Assembly (NCBI GenBank): GCA_965248265.1 | Contig: CBDFJF010000002.1 | Span: forward strand, 3,808,001 to 3,872,000 | DNA length: 64,000 bases | From: Candidatus Latescibacterota bacterium | GTDB taxonomy: Bacteria > Latescibacterota > UBA2968 > UBA8231 | Reading direction: 5' to 3' | Shown here: positions 61,494-64,000 of the stretch, piece by piece | How positions within the stretch are numbered: the first letter of the stretch is position 1 | How the letters are laid out: every line of letters begins with the position of its first letter | Notes under the pieces: generated by a model | What the model saw: the letters and a program-made list of their open reading frames with translations, nothing else | Told to the model about the DNA's origin: nothing | Database searches by the model: none | Program-made: the position numbers and the translations under genes

Positions 61494-63562
61494 CCCGACT
61501 CCTCAGCATCTGAATCTCCCGAAGTCGGGAATTCGTCGTCCCGACGACCGTCCACCTGACCCGGCTTGGCGCCTCGCTGCGCGCCGTCCTCCAGGTGTCG
61601 CCCCTCGCCGATCTCCCGGCTCAGCGGCACGAAATCCTCATCAGGAAGCGAGGTATCCAGCCCAAGATCGGGCCCGCCAGGCGACGACGGCAAGTCTGCG
61701 GAGGAGGCTTCGCGACGCGCATCCTCCCGCTGCTGACTCACTCCAGCCACCGCGCGCACGCGCGCTCGAGAGCGCAACTGCCGCTCCAACAGCACCTGAC
61801 CGAGCAGCTGCCGAGCCTGATTGAGGATAACAGCCTTTTTCTCGTCTCGATCGGGCATCTGCTCCAAAACCTCGTAGAGGGCGGAGATCGCCGGCGGCCC
61901 CAGTACCGGTATGTGCTTGGCCAGCTGCTCGTAGTGGTCACTTCGATCGAGCCGGATCAGTATGCTGGCGAGCTGAAAGTTGGCGTCTGGATCAGCAGCG
62001 CCGAACTCGGCCACCGTCCGTCTGTAGGAGCGCACGTACATCAGGACACCACTCGGATCCGATGTCAAGCGGTGAGGATTATCCTCGAGCAGACCGATGA
62101 CAAGCTCGTCATCATGCACTCGGCAGCGCTCAGCCAAAGCCCGGTCTGCGGCACTTCCTCCTGAATCCATGCGGTCGAGGATCTCGCATGCGGTACTGAC
62201 GATGGACTGTTTTTTCATGCGGAAAGTGGCCCACTCGTCTTCGTTCCTCAGTCGGTGCAGTCCGATGACTTGTAGGGCCTCCTCGCGAGCCACATCACCC
62301 ATTTCGATCAGCTGATTGACGAACTCAGGGTAAAAGGGCGATTTGTCGAGGCGTAGCAGGATGCCAGCCAACGCCCGCTCCAGACCGCTCTCAACGCCGC
62401 TGCGCCCAAGCGCCCTGCAGCGACCAAAGCGCGAGAACACGCCCGCTGGATCAGAGCTCAGCGAGCACAGGTACATCCACAGCGGATGAACCAGATCCAG
62501 GCTCTCCGTCTCTCCACTGCGGTGGGATTCGAAGAAGCCCTGCAGGCCACGATGGCCCATCTCGACCACCTGCTGCAGGAAGACCGCCCGGGGCTTGGGA
62601 ATGATGCCCTTGCAGAACGTCGTCATCAGCGGTGCTGGATCGAAGCGGAGGGCATCGCGGTAGTCGTGGAGAACATCGGCAAAACAGGCGGGAGCGATGT
62701 CGTCTCCGCGTGCCAGAGCCACCTGTCGAGCCGCACCGTGAATGATGTCCCGATCGAAGAGAAACATCCGGGGGTACTCGAAGATGTCGGCGATGCGCTC
62801 CATTTTGCCCTGGGACCATCTGTGCTCAAGATCGGCGTTGAACAGACCTCGGGCGATGTCGAGTGGTTCCGTCGAGTAAGCGTTGAAATGCCCGACCCGG
62901 ACCAGGTCGGACCGGTAGCCGTTGATGAACTCCTCGACTTCGCATTGTCCCTGTTCGGGGTGGCTGCGCCGGTGATGGTTGCGCTCGCGCGCGTAGGCCC
63001 GGAAGTACGGCTCCGACAGGCGTGCCTTCCCTCCTCCTGTCCCCTTCACATCCTCGCCGTAGGCGGTGAGCACATCGACCAGCAGCAGATAATCGAGCAG
63101 CATCCAACCGGCATAGATGAGTCCTTCGGCAATGGCCCAGTAATCATAGCCCAATTCCTCTGCCTGCTTCAGCAATACCTCCGGCATGTAGATGGTGCGA
63201 CGCCGCCGCCCTATGTGAACGGCTTGATGGTGACGGTAGTCACGGAAACTCAACAGCGCGTCATCCCTGATCAGGGTGAGACTTACGGGCCCATAAATGA
63301 GCGCTGTGCGAAGGTTATCGGGGATCTTGTTGAGAACTTTCCAGAACAGGAGAACCAGATCATCTGCGGCATGCAACTTGGGAAGTCTGTCATCGTCGGG
63401 AAAATGCGGCAGCCTGGTCTGTTCACCAAAAAGGATCACCTTGTCGGCCAGCGAGATAGCCTCGTTGATCTCGTCGTGCGGAACGTCTCCGTCAAAGATC
63501 CCGAGGTTGACGTCGGTTTTTTCCTCGTTCGCCGTTTGCATCGTCCTTTTCGGATTTGCCAT
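61490..63562 (-). CDS. Hypothetical 690-aa protein with an internal repeat
   Basis: Long ORF with a GTGA overlap to the next gene; no family recognised. Confidence 0.8.
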   Translation of the reverse strand: MANPKRTMQTANEEKTDVNLGIFDGDVPHDEINEAISLADKVILFGEQTRLPHFPDDDRLPKLHAADDLVLLFWKVLNKIPDNLRTALIYGPVSLTLIRDDALLSFRDYRHHQAVHIGRRRRTIYMPEVLLKQAEELGYDYWAIAEGLIYAGWMLLDYLLLVDVLTAYGEDVKGTGGGKARLSEPYFRAYARERNHHRRSHPEQGQCEVEEFINGYRSDLVRVGHFNAYSTEPLDIARGLFNADLEHRWSQGKMERIADIFEYPRMFLFDRDIIHGAARQVALARGDDIAPACFADVLHDYRDALRFDPAPLMTTFCKGIIPKPRAVFLQQVVEMGHRGLQGFFESHRSGETESLDLVHPLWMYLCSLSSDPAGVFSRFGRCRALGRSGVESGLERALAGILLRLDKSPFYPEFVNQLIEMGDVAREEALQVIGLHRLRNEDEWATFRMKKQSIVSTACEILDRMDSGGSAADRALAERCRVHDDELVIGLLEDNPHRLTSDPSGVLMYVRSYRRTVAEFGAADPDANFQLASILIRLDRSDHYEQLAKHIPVLGPPAISALYEVLEQMPDRDEKKAVILNQARQLLGQVLLERQLRSRARVRAVAGVSQQREDARREASSADLPSSPGGPDLGLDTSLPDEDFVPLSREIGEGRHLEDGAQRGAKPGQVDGRRDDEFPTSGDSDAEESG

Positions 63563-63740
63563 GGTCGGTTGATAGTGAATATAGGGGTCGCAATCCGCAC
63601 GGCCAGCTATCGCGATGTGGTAATATGGCAGTGTTGGTGTTATTATTGAACTTGCGGCAAGTTCTGCCTGCCTGAACGGTGCGCCTGGCCTGCCCTTCTT
63701 CTGTATATCGGTCCGCTGAGGACATCACCCGACATACCAA

Positions 63741-64000
63741 GTGAAAATCTCATCCCCCCAAATACCAGCCCTGGTAGCCCTGGCTGTGAGCTGCTACGCG
63801 CTTTCCTGCAGCTCTCCTCCCGCACCGATGGCACCCGAACGCACACCGGTTGCGGAGGCGGGCTCCGCCCAGACAGTCACCTCCGGGCAGATGGTTACCC
63901 TGGATGGCAGCGGCAGTTCTGACCCGCTACAGCGCACGTTGTCCTACCGGTGGGAGCCGGGGACAGACAACCCGGGCTCGGTCGGCGTACTGACTGCAAC
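63741..64000 (+). CDS. PKD-domain lipoprotein (3'-partial; not in the ORF track)
   Basis: Manual translation MKISSPQIPALVALAVSCYALSC...PVAEAGSAQTV..GQMVTLDGSGSSDP...LSYRW. Confidence 0.8.
   Translation, partial: MKISSPQIPALVALAVSCYALSCSSPPAPMAPERTPVAEAGSAQTVTSGQMVTLDGSGSSDPLQRTLSYRWEPGTDNPGSVGVLTA

Overview
A GC-rich (roughly 60% by eye) segment from a diderm bacterium. The gene styles suggest an FCB-related lineage such as Ca. Latescibacterota, but that is inference only. Positions 1-15.1 kb (+) carry a 5'-truncated, very large repeat-containing FliD, then fliS, a FliT/FlgN-like gene and a FlgM with a duplicated domain. These are followed by hrcA-grpE-dnaK-dnaJ, with an Mrp/ApbC gene and an orphan NuoB-like gene inserted before prmA-rsmE-aroQ and an SH3-TPR membrane protein. 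Positions 15.3-35.1 kb (-) carry flgF-G-A-H-I-J-N-K-L-fliW-csrA, two giant multi-glycosyltransferase/TPR genes and two flagellins, one with a sigma54 promoter and one with a sigma28 promoter. Positions 35.6-64 kb carry a MotE-like gene, a degenerate sulfotransferase, a GT4, a fused IOR, rpiA and amidohydrolase-ilvD-thrC. Further on, a FAR-lgt-OYE operon lies divergent from an MCE/ABC system with its own predicted beta-barrel, followed by folA, aspC, an unknown-lipoprotein-iscS operon and a partial PKD lipoprotein. I saw no rRNA, tRNA, CRISPR array or mobile element. The best novelty candidates are the elaborated flagellar filament system (multi-GT assembly line, tandem FlgM, giant cap, dual-sigma flagellins), the Mrp-NuoB-like pair, the MCE+barrel/FAR lipid locus and the 690-aa unknown protein. 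A probable assembly or rearrangement junction lies near 15.12 kb.
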